Below the pieces are notes generated by a model. It saw nothing but the letters and a program-made list of their open reading frames with translations, was not told the DNA's origin and made no database searches. Position numbers and translations under genes: made by a program. Positions 55,399 to 64,000 of a stretch of 64,000 nucleotides of DNA are shown here, one piece after another (position 1 is the stretch's first letter; each line of letters starts with the position of its first letter). The stretch spans positions 64,001 to 128,000 of the IMG/VR virus record IMGVR_UViG_3300014205_000170; one strand, given 5' to 3'. The stretch is from a virus. Taxonomy: Duplodnaviria; Caudoviricetes.

Positions 55399-55862
55399 AA
55401 TATGAAAAATCAAGAACAAACATTTTTAAAAAAATACTGGAATTTAATATTTGTAATTTTAATTACTCTTTGTGCAATTTTAGCACTTGCTTTTGCATTG
55501 TCATATTTTGAAAAAAAGGATGAGCTTATTAAAATTCAAAATCAATATAACAAACTTTTTTTAGAAGAATCAACCATTAATAGTACTTTAAAAAAACAAA
55601 CAGTTCGTGCGGATTCAATGAATAAAATTTTAAATCGTATTGGAAAGTATATGCCAATGGCAGCTTCTCTTCAATATAGAGATTCTGTATGTTCAAAACT
55701 ACCATATAAAACCGGAACTGTTATTTGGCTAAAACCAGATTCATTAAAATGTGTTATTACTTCGTTTGTAATTAAAGGTAGTCAATGGCAACACAGTGTA
55801 TCTTACTTAGTAAAAGATAGTTCCGGAAAGGAAAAAGAAATTTCTCCTGAAATTATTTACTA

Positions 55863-56300
55863 ATGACCATTAGAAAAAGAATAAAAAATAAATGGCATTC
55901 TCAATTAGGGGATTTTTTATTTAAAAGGGCCACATATCATCCAACGGGTGAACGCTCTTTTGAAGTGTGGTATAAACATGATTTTATTGGTGATTGTTTT
56001 TTAGGGAATTCTTATTGGATAAAGACCATTGACCCTTTCCCTGAATCTATATCTTCTAATTATAAAGAAGAGGATTTAAGAGTCGCAAGAATAGATATGA
56101 GACTTGAAGCTAATAAAGAATTTATAAGTGGACATGTTGGTAGATTGATTTACACAGGACTTAGAAATCAATTTCCAGAAAAAATTCTGTATGTTGAATT
56201 ACATGATAATATTTTAAAATTAAAAAACAGCATTGTTACAAAAACAGTATTTGTAGAAAAACTCAAAAAAAAATTAGTTCCAAAAGAAGATGAGTTTTAA
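55863..56300 (+). CDS. Hypothetical protein, C-terminal tag
   Basis: KTVFVEK. Confidence 0.65.
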   Translation: MTIRKRIKNKWHSQLGDFLFKRATYHPTGERSFEVWYKHDFIGDCFLGNSYWIKTIDPFPESISSNYKEEDLRVARIDMRLEANKEFISGHVGRLIYTGLRNQFPEKILYVELHDNILKLKNSIVTKTVFVEKLKKKLVPKEDEF

Positions 56301-56751
56301 GAAAAAAAACAAAAAGAATAAGGGTGGTCCTAGAAAAAAATGGTCTAAAACCAAAGGAGATTTCACTGTAAAACATCCAATTTATGATGGAGGAGATGTT
56401 TATATTGATGTATATTATAAAGATGAATTAATAGGCATTGTTGAATCTTATTCAACACTTAGATATTTAGACCAAACTGATGAATATGAACTTGTAATTA
56501 ATTCAATACAAAAAGAAGATGCAGTCGAAATTTTTCGTTCGAGAGTTATTGGTTTTATGAAATGCAGAGGATTATCTCATAGATTACCAAAAGTAATTGA
56601 TAATATATATTTAAGTGCAGATTGTGAACTCATTTTAACAAAATGTTTATTAATAGAAAAATATTTCGAAAATAATCAAACACGATTTGTTGTGGGACTA
56701 TCACCTATAAGACGAAGAAGAAGAGTTGCAGCCAAAGGACCTGACCGTTAA
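56290..56751 (+). CDS. Hypothetical protein with tag
   Basis: KCLLIEK. Confidence 0.65.
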   Translation: MSFKKKNKKNKGGPRKKWSKTKGDFTVKHPIYDGGDVYIDVYYKDELIGIVESYSTLRYLDQTDEYELVINSIQKEDAVEIFRSRVIGFMKCRGLSHRLPKVIDNIYLSADCELILTKCLLIEKYFENNQTRFVVGLSPIRRRRRVAAKGPDR

Positions 56752-57149
56752 TGTTAAACAACAGAGTAAATATTGATAAATTTAATTATACTTTTAAAGT
56801 ATATTCTGAAGAAGAAATTAAACAAGTTCGTTTTAATGTTATGAAAATAATTATTGTAAAGAACAAAGGACATGCTAGAGCTATTCGTAAAAGAACAAAA
56901 TGTAATGAAGTAATAACCGGAGATATTTTTTATAGTGAATCATGGTGGTTAGAGGCAGAAGAATTTAAATTTCTTCCTCCCACAAAAACAGGAATGGCCA
57001 TACAAAGGAACAATGAAATAATTTGGTACTCAATTCCTGGCATTCCAAAAGGAACCGCTAAGCGTACAATATTATTTGAAAAAAGCCCCAGAACACGTTT
57101 AAAAATAAAAATAAAACACACTCAATTATCAAACAAATATGATATTTAA
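56751..57149 (+). CDS. Hypothetical protein with tag
   Basis: RTILFEK. Confidence 0.65.
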   Translation: MLNNRVNIDKFNYTFKVYSEEEIKQVRFNVMKIIIVKNKGHARAIRKRTKCNEVITGDIFYSESWWLEAEEFKFLPPTKTGMAIQRNNEIIWYSIPGIPKGTAKRTILFEKSPRTRLKIKIKHTQLSNKYDI

Positions 57150-57502
57150 AGATTTATTAAAATACGTAGACCATGAAACATCGTGGTTAAAATCGTATGG
57201 TCTTATAGAAGAAAGAAAAAAAGACCTTTATAATGATACCAATTTTTACGAACGCTTACAGCGCGTACATACCAATTCTAGAACAGTAGCATTACCATTA
57301 AGGTGTGCTGCTGTCTATATTACGAGTAAGAAACCGGTTTTAGAATCAACCATTGAAGAATTGGAATGTGTATCTGGACCAAGAAATCATCAAATTAATG
57401 TTTATACTCCATTGGAGTATTTCTTTGCTAAAAACATAGAAGGATGTGAAGATTTAAAGGCAATATTGCGTTCTTAAACATTTACAATGAAAGCCATGAC
57501 AA

Positions 57503-57510
57503 TATATTTG
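57503..57510 (+). promoter_or_regulatory. Bacteroidetes -7 element
   Basis: TATATTTG before ATG 57515. Confidence 0.55.
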
Positions 57511-57514
57511 TCAC

Positions 57515-58051
57515 ATGGCTTTGGTTCAATCAAAAAAGGTATTATTTGAAAAAACATCTAAATTATCTTCATCGATAGGATTTAGATTTGTGAACAACAT
57601 TGCATTTATTACTGATAAACACATAGCTTTTCATTTTAAAAATGATAATTTAAATTGCATATTAGTATGGACATCCCTTCAAAAAGAGTGTTTTCATACA
57701 GATAATGGCCTATCTAATAAAATGAATCATTTTTATGAGAAAACCATAAATCAAAACAACTTCTTTTATGAGGGTTTAGGTTTAATGTCTGAAACATCTT
57801 TCATCAATTCAGGGTTTAAAGAATTATCAAAAAATGCTAATGTTTGGGAAACAATAAATAAATTATGTTTAATTGGAGAAATCGTCAAAATAAATGTTTT
57901 AAAGTATTTAGATAACATTTATACTGTAGATGATGCCATAGCCTCAACAACACTGTCAACAGACCATTTATTCAACACTTTAAAGACTCAGTTTGTTAAT
58001 TTAACAATGAATGAATTTCAAAGAAAATTTCAAACAATTGGAATACCATAA
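57515..58051 (+). CDS. Hypothetical protein, N-terminal tag
   Basis: KKVLFEK. Confidence 0.65.
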   Translation: MALVQSKKVLFEKTSKLSSSIGFRFVNNIAFITDKHIAFHFKNDNLNCILVWTSLQKECFHTDNGLSNKMNHFYEKTINQNNFFYEGLGLMSETSFINSGFKELSKNANVWETINKLCLIGEIVKINVLKYLDNIYTVDDAIASTTLSTDHLFNTLKTQFVNLTMNEFQRKFQTIGIP

Positions 58052-58066
58052 TTTAAATAAAATCAT

Positions 58067-58074
58067 TATCTTTG
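58067..58074 (+). promoter_or_regulatory. Bacteroidetes -7 element
   Basis: TATCTTTG before ATG 58080. Confidence 0.6.
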
Positions 58075-58079
58075 AGTAA

Positions 58080-58550
58080 ATGAACAAGACCACTAAACCC
58101 ACTATTATAGACGACATTGTATTTGAAGTGCAATTTGCATTGTGTGATGTCCTATATAGAAAACTTTTGAGTTTACTGGCTTCTACTCATACGGAAACTT
58201 TATTATTACCTTTTAATGAATTATATCAATTTCGTTTAAGTGCGGAGTTAAATGCAAAATATGCTTTAAGTTTTTATTCTAAAAGAACGAATAATAGTCA
58301 ATCTTATGAGGATATGTTGGATTTTAAAAAGAAAATTTCTATTACTGAAATTCAGGACCCAGTAATATTATTTATTTTAGAACAAAAATTAGAAAATAAA
58401 CCTGAGCTTTATTCTGCGTGGGCAGAGACAGTAAAAAAAGCTATTAAAAAGTTAATGGAAGAAGAAAAAAAATTTAAAAATATTTTAGAGGATATTAAAA
58501 ATTTACCTTTTGATTCTCCGACACGAGAAGTAATTATTGAAAAGAATTAA
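58080..58550 (+). CDS. Hypothetical protein, tag at extreme C-terminus
   Basis: PTREVIIEKN-stop. Confidence 0.7.
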   Translation: MNKTTKPTIIDDIVFEVQFALCDVLYRKLLSLLASTHTETLLLPFNELYQFRLSAELNAKYALSFYSKRTNNSQSYEDMLDFKKKISITEIQDPVILFILEQKLENKPELYSAWAETVKKAIKKLMEEEKKFKNILEDIKNLPFDSPTREVIIEKN

Positions 58551-58783
58551 TGGAAATTGAATATAAATTATCATATTTTGAAACACCTAAGAGAAAAGTT
58601 TTAATTGAAAAAAACAATCCTAGTTGGTTAGATGCTTATTTTGATACTACATTTTCGGTAGATATAAATGCGCTCTTTTTACAACAAGTGGCTCTACAAA
58701 CCATAATGAAAGATAATATGTTTTCTTCTGTTGGGATACCTTCTCATTTAATAAAACCGTCTAATGAGAATAGTGCTGATTGA
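58550..58783 (+). CDS. Hypothetical protein, N-terminal tag
   Basis: KRKVLIEK. Confidence 0.65.
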   Translation: MEIEYKLSYFETPKRKVLIEKNNPSWLDAYFDTTFSVDINALFLQQVALQTIMKDNMFSSVGIPSHLIKPSNENSAD

Positions 58784-59390
58784 AAAAACATTAGACAATA
58801 AAGACCTTTTAAATTTAAGTGACACTCTTAAAAAAGCCAATCTTGTTACTGAAATTGTGTTTTTTTCAAATGACCTTATAATTTTTAGAGGTGAAAATAC
58901 TTTTATAAAGAAAGCAAATCATAGAAAAGCTTATGATGTAAAAACACAAAGAATAATTGCAATATCTTGTATGGCTTTACCCCAAAAAGAGTTTCTATAT
59001 TTAAGAAATAAAATACACTCTTTGGATATCTCAAATTATTATCCAAAATTTGATGGGATACCATATAGATTTATAAATTTACTAGGTCATGATAGGGTAT
59101 TGAAATCATTTCAACCAAATGAATTTTACGAACAACATGAAAAAGAAATAATAAATTTAATTTTCAGCAGTCATATAACTTTAAAAAAGAGTGTTAAAGA
59201 ATTTTTATCTTATGATTTAAATAATATGAGAGATAGTATAATCAAGGAAATTTTTAAAAATTATTCTAATGTGTATAAATTTTATCGTAAGCAAATAAAT
59301 ACACAAATTATTGAAGATGAAATCGTAAAAAAAGCTAAACAAATGAGATTATTAAATTTAAATAAAAATGGAAAACAACAAGTGGCTTAA
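58764..59390 (+). CDS. Hypothetical protein, tag at extreme N-terminus
   Basis: MRIVLIEK. Confidence 0.7.
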   Translation: MRIVLIEKTLDNKDLLNLSDTLKKANLVTEIVFFSNDLIIFRGENTFIKKANHRKAYDVKTQRIIAISCMALPQKEFLYLRNKIHSLDISNYYPKFDGIPYRFINLLGHDRVLKSFQPNEFYEQHEKEIINLIFSSHITLKKSVKEFLSYDLNNMRDSIIKEIFKNYSNVYKFYRKQINTQIIEDEIVKKAKQMRLLNLNKNGKQQVA

Positions 59391-59681
59391 AAGAAAATTT
59401 CCAAATTCTTTTGAACGTATAAAGAATTTCTTAGACGATAACCAATTTCAACAGTTTAAAAATTACAAATTTAGAATTGGAATTTTAAAAGAAGACTTAA
59501 TGAACTGTCAAAACTATCCAAAAGATTCTATTTTTTTATATAAGATGAATAAAGTTTATTATAAAAATAGGTGGACTGGAGACTATGATATGTATTTAGT
59601 TTTTAAATGTCAAAAAGGATACACAGCAAGTGGATACCATGGATTCATTTGTAGTGGAGTAAAATACGAAGAAGTCCTATC

Positions 59682-60662
59682 TTAATTAAAAAGTTCTGCC
59701 ATTCCCGGATGACGTTTAAGTAAATCATCTTTTTGTTCTGTATGTAATGGGGTAACTCTAATATTTACTTGATGTGCAAATTCAGGATACTTACGCAAAA
59801 CTTTATACAATTCATCAGGAACAAAAAGAGTTGGTTTTTGTGAATAAAGAGTATTAATGTTCTCTAAACTTAAATCTTTTAATTCAAAATTACTATCCGG
59901 TTTATAAGTGCTAGGATTCATGGACTTAATACCAATGGCAGTATCTAAAAGAAAATCTATTATATAAGGATGATATTCAGCTTTTGGTTTAGTATTCATT
60001 CTTCCTCTTAATTGAATTAGATTACCTTTATGTACATCTCCAGTTAAAACGGGATTCTTATATTTACGCAAAGAATAAAGTCTTCCAACCCCATTACCAC
60101 AATGACCCATAGCTCTTGCTTCTGCTGGACAATTGCTAGACAAAAGGTCAAGCCAGTAAAAGCCATTAGGGTACGTTTTAATGATATTACCGGTTTCATC
60201 AACAATAGCTGCCGCTTTTAATCTTTGTACTTCTAAATGCCAAGCCTCAGCTCTACGTATAGCCTCTGCATAAGAAAGGGTCTTTAAATTGATTTCATCT
60301 GTTTCTGGGGCTAATTCTCTACGATTTTGAAGCCAACCCATTACTTCTCGAAATGCTCCACCAAAATATGCCTTTTGTCTTGAAAGTTGATTTATTAAGG
60401 AAGGGGGAGTTTTATCTCCTGCTAATTTTAATAGCATAAAATGGGCTATTGCTTCTTTATTACCAGAAATCTTTTTAACAGCTTCTGCTTTAAAGGTATT
60501 AGCTATCCAAAGTTGAAACTTTTCAGGATATTCAGAGGTAATCCAATCTGATATAACAGAGGGTAATTTGATTTTATCCACTATAATATTAGTGTTTTTG
60601 TCCTCTGTAATAAGAATTTGCCTTACTTCTTTGATTATCTGTGTTTTAATTTGGCTTTTCAT
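59682..60662 (-). CDS. PcfJ-like domain protein, possibly virion-associated
   Basis: AEAWH, EARAMGHC, LYSLR, IQLRGRMN; N-terminal IIKEVRQILITE; TATTTAT upstream on the - strand (60668-60674). Confidence 0.6.
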   Translation of the reverse strand: MKSQIKTQIIKEVRQILITEDKNTNIIVDKIKLPSVISDWITSEYPEKFQLWIANTFKAEAVKKISGNKEAIAHFMLLKLAGDKTPPSLINQLSRQKAYFGGAFREVMGWLQNRRELAPETDEINLKTLSYAEAIRRAEAWHLEVQRLKAAAIVDETGNIIKTYPNGFYWLDLLSSNCPAEARAMGHCGNGVGRLYSLRKYKNPVLTGDVHKGNLIQLRGRMNTKPKAEYHPYIIDFLLDTAIGIKSMNPSTYKPDSNFELKDLSLENINTLYSQKPTLFVPDELYKVLRKYPEFAHQVNIRVTPLHTEQKDDLLKRHPGMAELFN

Positions 60663-60686
60663 ATTAAATAAATATGTTAAATTTTC

Positions 60687-60715
60687 TGTAACTTTATCAC
60701 AAATATAGCGTTTAA
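60687..60715 (+). promoter_or_regulatory. ECF-sigma-like promoter
   Basis: TGTAAC-N16-CGTTTAA upstream of 60766. Confidence 0.75.
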
Positions 60716-61901
60716 AAATTCAATGAAAACTACTAAAAATTATACATTTATTAAAAAAAAATAATATGGATGTAGGTTTAAATAACAAAAACACACTTGG
60801 TGAAATAGCGCCGGAATTCAAAGATGTTGTATTCTTCGTAGAAGCTACGAGCGCTGAAAAATTTAATCTTTGGCAGGAATGGTCTGAAGAAAGTAGAACT
60901 AATATCGAACCACTTTCAGATGACTTTATTAATTCTTTACCGGAATCATGTAAACAAAAAATTAAAGACCTCAACGACCAAGTGAAAGATTTTAAACACA
61001 CGAGAGTTAATTGGGAAGAAGTTAGTGCTGGTTTTATGCTTACAATAGGAAAAGTATACAAAAAACCAGTAAGTGTATGTTTTAATTTCGCTTTCATAAA
61101 TGGACATAAAATATGTTTTTATGAATGTACTTCTCAAATGGCTGACCACAAAATGATTGAGGATTGGCTTATTAGCAAATTCCAATTAACACATGATAAA
61201 TATTCACGTTGGAATCACACTAATGCAACAAATTTTCATAATTGTGTAAATAGTCTTGATAGTATTGATAAAGAACCAAGAAATACAATCTATAAAAAAT
61301 AAATTAGAGAGTCTAGTTTACTTATATTAAAGCAAACAATAATGGGATACAGAAATTATATTGGTTCTTTACCAAGAAAAGAATATGATAAAATCAAGGA
61401 TTTTACAAAAGAAGAATTGTATAAATACAAAAATGTAGACAAAGATGATTATCTTGGTGTTTTTGATTTAAAAGAAAAAGAATTATATGAATTTGGAAAA
61501 TATTGTGATTTTGCAAGAGATTTTTTCAAACCTGTTTTTTCCAATAAAGAATTACAAGAGGATTATAATGAGGAACAAGATTGTTATCTTGTCGAAAAAG
61601 ATTTTTTGAAACACGTCATTGAACACTACACAAAACAAACTCAGGATTTTTATCTCGAATTAGTAAAAAACTCTAACAATAACGTAAATAGCATATCACA
61701 ACAAAACTTAGAGAAACTATTTGCTCACATAAGAAGCATGTCTTCCGAATGGAATTATCTCACACCTTTCAAATTAGATGAAGGAGAAAGCATAACAACT
61801 AGCTGGAAATATGAATATGCCATTTTTGAATTGGTTCGTTTGTATAAACATTTTGATTGGGAAAATAACGTAGTAATTTATTATGGTTATTAATTTTTAG
61901 T

Positions 61902-62456
61902 TTATCTACTATACTTTTTCCAAATTTCTAAATCCAAGTCTGCCGGATTCTTTTTATTCTGTTTGCAATAGTTCAAAAACACCTGTTCTAATTGCAAATA
62001 CTTTTTTTGAATTGGTGTAGATTTTGGTGTTTCTATTTTAAGCTCATCTCTTAACCATTTTAGAATATGAGTATCAAGAACAGCTATGTTTTGATTTGGT
62101 CTTGAATGTAAAATATAAAATCTGGCTGTTTTTGGACCGATGCCGGTAATGCCCTCTAAATCTTGCACAGAATAATTAAACATATCAAGTTGAATAATTT
62201 CCTGGAATGCTTTATTTATTTTTGTATATTGACCTAATTTAGCTTCTTGAATTTTTTCTAGCAATACATTGTTCGAAATGTATGTTTGAATCAATTTAAA
62301 TGGAGATAATTTGTTATTATCCTTTTTGAGAAATAAATCTAATTTTTTAGCTTGAATTGAAGCTGTTTTACCGGCCACTATAATGCAAAATAGAATTAAC
62401 TCTTCTAATTCTTCTTTTGTGCGCTTAAAATTGGTTATGTCCCTTGGGTCTATCAT
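61902..62456 (-). CDS. HhH DNA glycosylase-like protein (Ogg2-type)
   Basis: HhH motif ITGIGPKTARF, AVLDTHIL, DLDLEIW. Confidence 0.75.
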   Translation of the reverse strand: MIDPRDITNFKRTKEELEELILFCIIVAGKTASIQAKKLDLFLKKDNNKLSPFKLIQTYISNNVLLEKIQEAKLGQYTKINKAFQEIIQLDMFNYSVQDLEGITGIGPKTARFYILHSRPNQNIAVLDTHILKWLRDELKIETPKSTPIQKKYLQLEQVFLNYCKQNKKNPADLDLEIWKKYSR

Positions 62457-62480
62457 TTTGGTAAAGTTAAGAAAAATTTC

Positions 62481-62488
62481 TATCTTTG
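62481..62488 (+). promoter_or_regulatory. Bacteroidetes -7 element
   Basis: TATCTTTG upstream of 62512. Confidence 0.55.
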
Positions 62489-62511
62489 TGAGTAATTCGT
62501 AAGCAATTAAT

Positions 62512-62934
62512 ATGGAAGAATTTTTTAAACTTAAACAAGTTGTTTCTGATACTCAACAACAGCAAAGATATGCTGAACGGGAGTTGTCAGATTATATACG
62601 CGATAATGCAAAAAGATTATTTGAAGGGACTTTTTGGAAAATTGAATATACACATGAAACTCAATATTATTTTTGCAATCACATTGTTGAAAATGCTCCT
62701 GGGTTTGGAGACACCTTATGCTTTAGAATAGATTCTTTTAGTATTTCTCACTTTAAAAGGCCAAAAGAAATAAATCAAAAATTCTCAAAAAATTATATAA
62801 CATCAAATTTACATATGTTTAAAACTCAAATCACTAGAGAAGAATATGAAACAAAATTTGAAGTTTTTCGAAATACCTTAAATGAGTTTTGCCATCTAAG
62901 AACAGAAATTTTAATTGAAAAATTTCATGAATAA
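62512..62934 (+). CDS. Paralog pair member, C-terminal tag variant
   Basis: LFEGTFWK, ITREEYE, TEILIEK. Confidence 0.7.
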   Translation: MEEFFKLKQVVSDTQQQQRYAERELSDYIRDNAKRLFEGTFWKIEYTHETQYYFCNHIVENAPGFGDTLCFRIDSFSISHFKRPKEINQKFSKNYITSNLHMFKTQITREEYETKFEVFRNTLNEFCHLRTEILIEKFHE

Positions 62935-63352
62935 GATAGAAGAACAACATAAAGAACTAAGAGAACATTCAAAGGTCAAGGACCAAGAATCTAAATTAGC
63001 AAACAATAACCTAATACAATTTCAACATCAAAATTCTAAAATTTTATTTGTTGGAAAATTTTGGAAAACTTCTAGCTTTAGATGTGACACATATGCTTTG
63101 TGTAAAAAAATTTCCGATACATATAATTCTTATGCTTTTTTTGATTGTGTCAAATTTAAAAATGAAAATGAAGAACACCTAACTGATACTTTTACATTTC
63201 AAAGAAATATACATGAACCAATTTATAGTATTTGTCAAGAAGAAATTTCAAGAGAAGAATATGAGCAAGTATTAGAAAAACTAACAAAACACTATCGTGA
63301 ATTTGTAAATTATGAACGAATCGTATTAATAGAAAAAAATGAAACAAATTAA
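62927..63352 (+). CDS. Paralog pair member, C-terminal tag
   Basis: LFVGKFWK, ISREEYE, RIVLIEK; ATG at 62927. Confidence 0.7.
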   Translation: MNKIEEQHKELREHSKVKDQESKLANNNLIQFQHQNSKILFVGKFWKTSSFRCDTYALCKKISDTYNSYAFFDCVKFKNENEEHLTDTFTFQRNIHEPIYSICQEEISREEYEQVLEKLTKHYREFVNYERIVLIEKNETN

Positions 63353-63368
63353 CACTTTTTACGTTTAA
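63340..63368 (+). promoter_or_regulatory. ECF-sigma-like promoter
   Basis: TGAAAC-N16-CGTTTAA upstream of 63387. Confidence 0.75.
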
Positions 63369-63386
63369 AGAACAAACCCTTTAAAC

Positions 63387-64000
63387 ATGAAAAATCCTCT
63401 ATTTTTCTTTCTTATTTGTTCATTTTTGACTGTAAATGGTCAAAAAGATACCGTAAAAAATCACCAACTAAATGAAATTGAAATATCTGGCGTTCGAGCA
63501 CAACATAAGGACCCAGTATCTCAAAGTAACCTTTTAAAAGATGATGTTTGTAAAAATTATGCTGGTCAAGATTTTGCCTCATTAATTTTAACAAAAGCTC
63601 CCAGTTTAACCGGATATTCAGATGGTGGTAATTCAATAGGATACATGTATCTTAAAATGCGAGGCATTGACCAAAATCGTATGAATTTTACGTTTAATGG
63701 AATTTCTTTAGCAGAACCAGAAGACAATGGTTTTTATCCATCAAATTTTACAGATTTCCTAAATAATGTAAATTCAATACAAATTCAACGTGGTGTAGGA
63801 ATTTCTCCTAGTGGTATTGGTAATTTAGTAGGTTCGGTAAATTTTGAAAGTCCCAACTTATCAGATTCGCTGTATCATGATATTCAATTAGGATATGGTT
63901 CTTTTAATTCAAGTCGAATAAGTGCTTGCATCAATACTGGTATTCAAAAATCAGGTTTTGCAGTTTATGGGCGTTATTCCAACAATTTCTCTTCCGGCTA
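63387..64000 (+). CDS. TonB-dependent receptor (signal peptide and plug), truncated by the window end
   Basis: Hand translation: MKNPLFFFLICSFLTVNGQ...LNEIEISGVRA...KMRGIDQNRMNFTFNGI...SIQIQRGVG; open to the end. Confidence 0.88.
   Translation, partial: MKNPLFFFLICSFLTVNGQKDTVKNHQLNEIEISGVRAQHKDPVSQSNLLKDDVCKNYAGQDFASLILTKAPSLTGYSDGGNSIGYMYLKMRGIDQNRMNFTFNGISLAEPEDNGFYPSNFTDFLNNVNSIQIQRGVGISPSGIGNLVGSVNFESPNLSDSLYHDIQLGYGSFNSSRISACINTGIQKSGFAVYGRYSNNFSSG

Noticed and set aside
51570-62926. TTG starts at 51570, 52582 and 62915
   Set aside because: These arise from the TTGAAA inside the upstream gene's tag codons; downstream ATGs fit the usual gene overlap.
447-63337. The tag as a DNA element (e.g. 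a TTGAAAAA site or repeat)
   Set aside because: It is always in the coding frame and shows synonymous codon variation and conservative residue changes.
168-63636. Short minus-strand and nested ORFs in the track (e.g. 168..368, 4377..4649, 23214..23537, 60720..61097, 63412..63636)
   Set aside because: These are shadows of + strand genes with no motifs. Only 59682..60662 and 61902..62456 occupy their own space on the minus strand.
1-64000. Alternative genetic code
   Set aside because: Standard-code ORFs tile the window densely and the known enzymes are uninterrupted.

Overview
This is an AT-rich, gene-dense segment of a large (probably jumbo) phage genome, with about 135 mostly short ORFs almost all on the + strand. 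The host is probably a Bacteroidetes: there are TAnnTTTG promoter elements, A-rich leaders without Shine-Dalgarno sites, and Bacteroidetes-type SufE and TonB receptor genes. Recognisable genes include four shortened aminoacyl-tRNA synthetases (Met, Gly, Arg, Leu), a stand-alone tRNA-binding domain, Pth2 and an RNA ligase. Also present are SufE, CYTH, ATP-grasp, PARG-like, MazG and HD enzymes, an HhH glycosylase, a GIY-YIG endonuclease and a truncated TonB-dependent receptor. The main unexplained signal is a 7-residue tag, [RK]-x-[VILM]-[VILMF]-x-E-K (consensus TRxVLIEK). It occurs in frame, usually once per protein, in about 50 mostly unrelated small proteins and not in the recognisable enzymes. 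This suggests a shared docking or targeting system. Other signals are 10 copies of an ECF-sigma-like promoter (TGWAAC-N16-CGTTTAA), a roughly 440-470 nt structured ncRNA candidate, and a degenerate PtuA-like ATPase fragment. All product calls come from motif recognition by eye; no searches were run.
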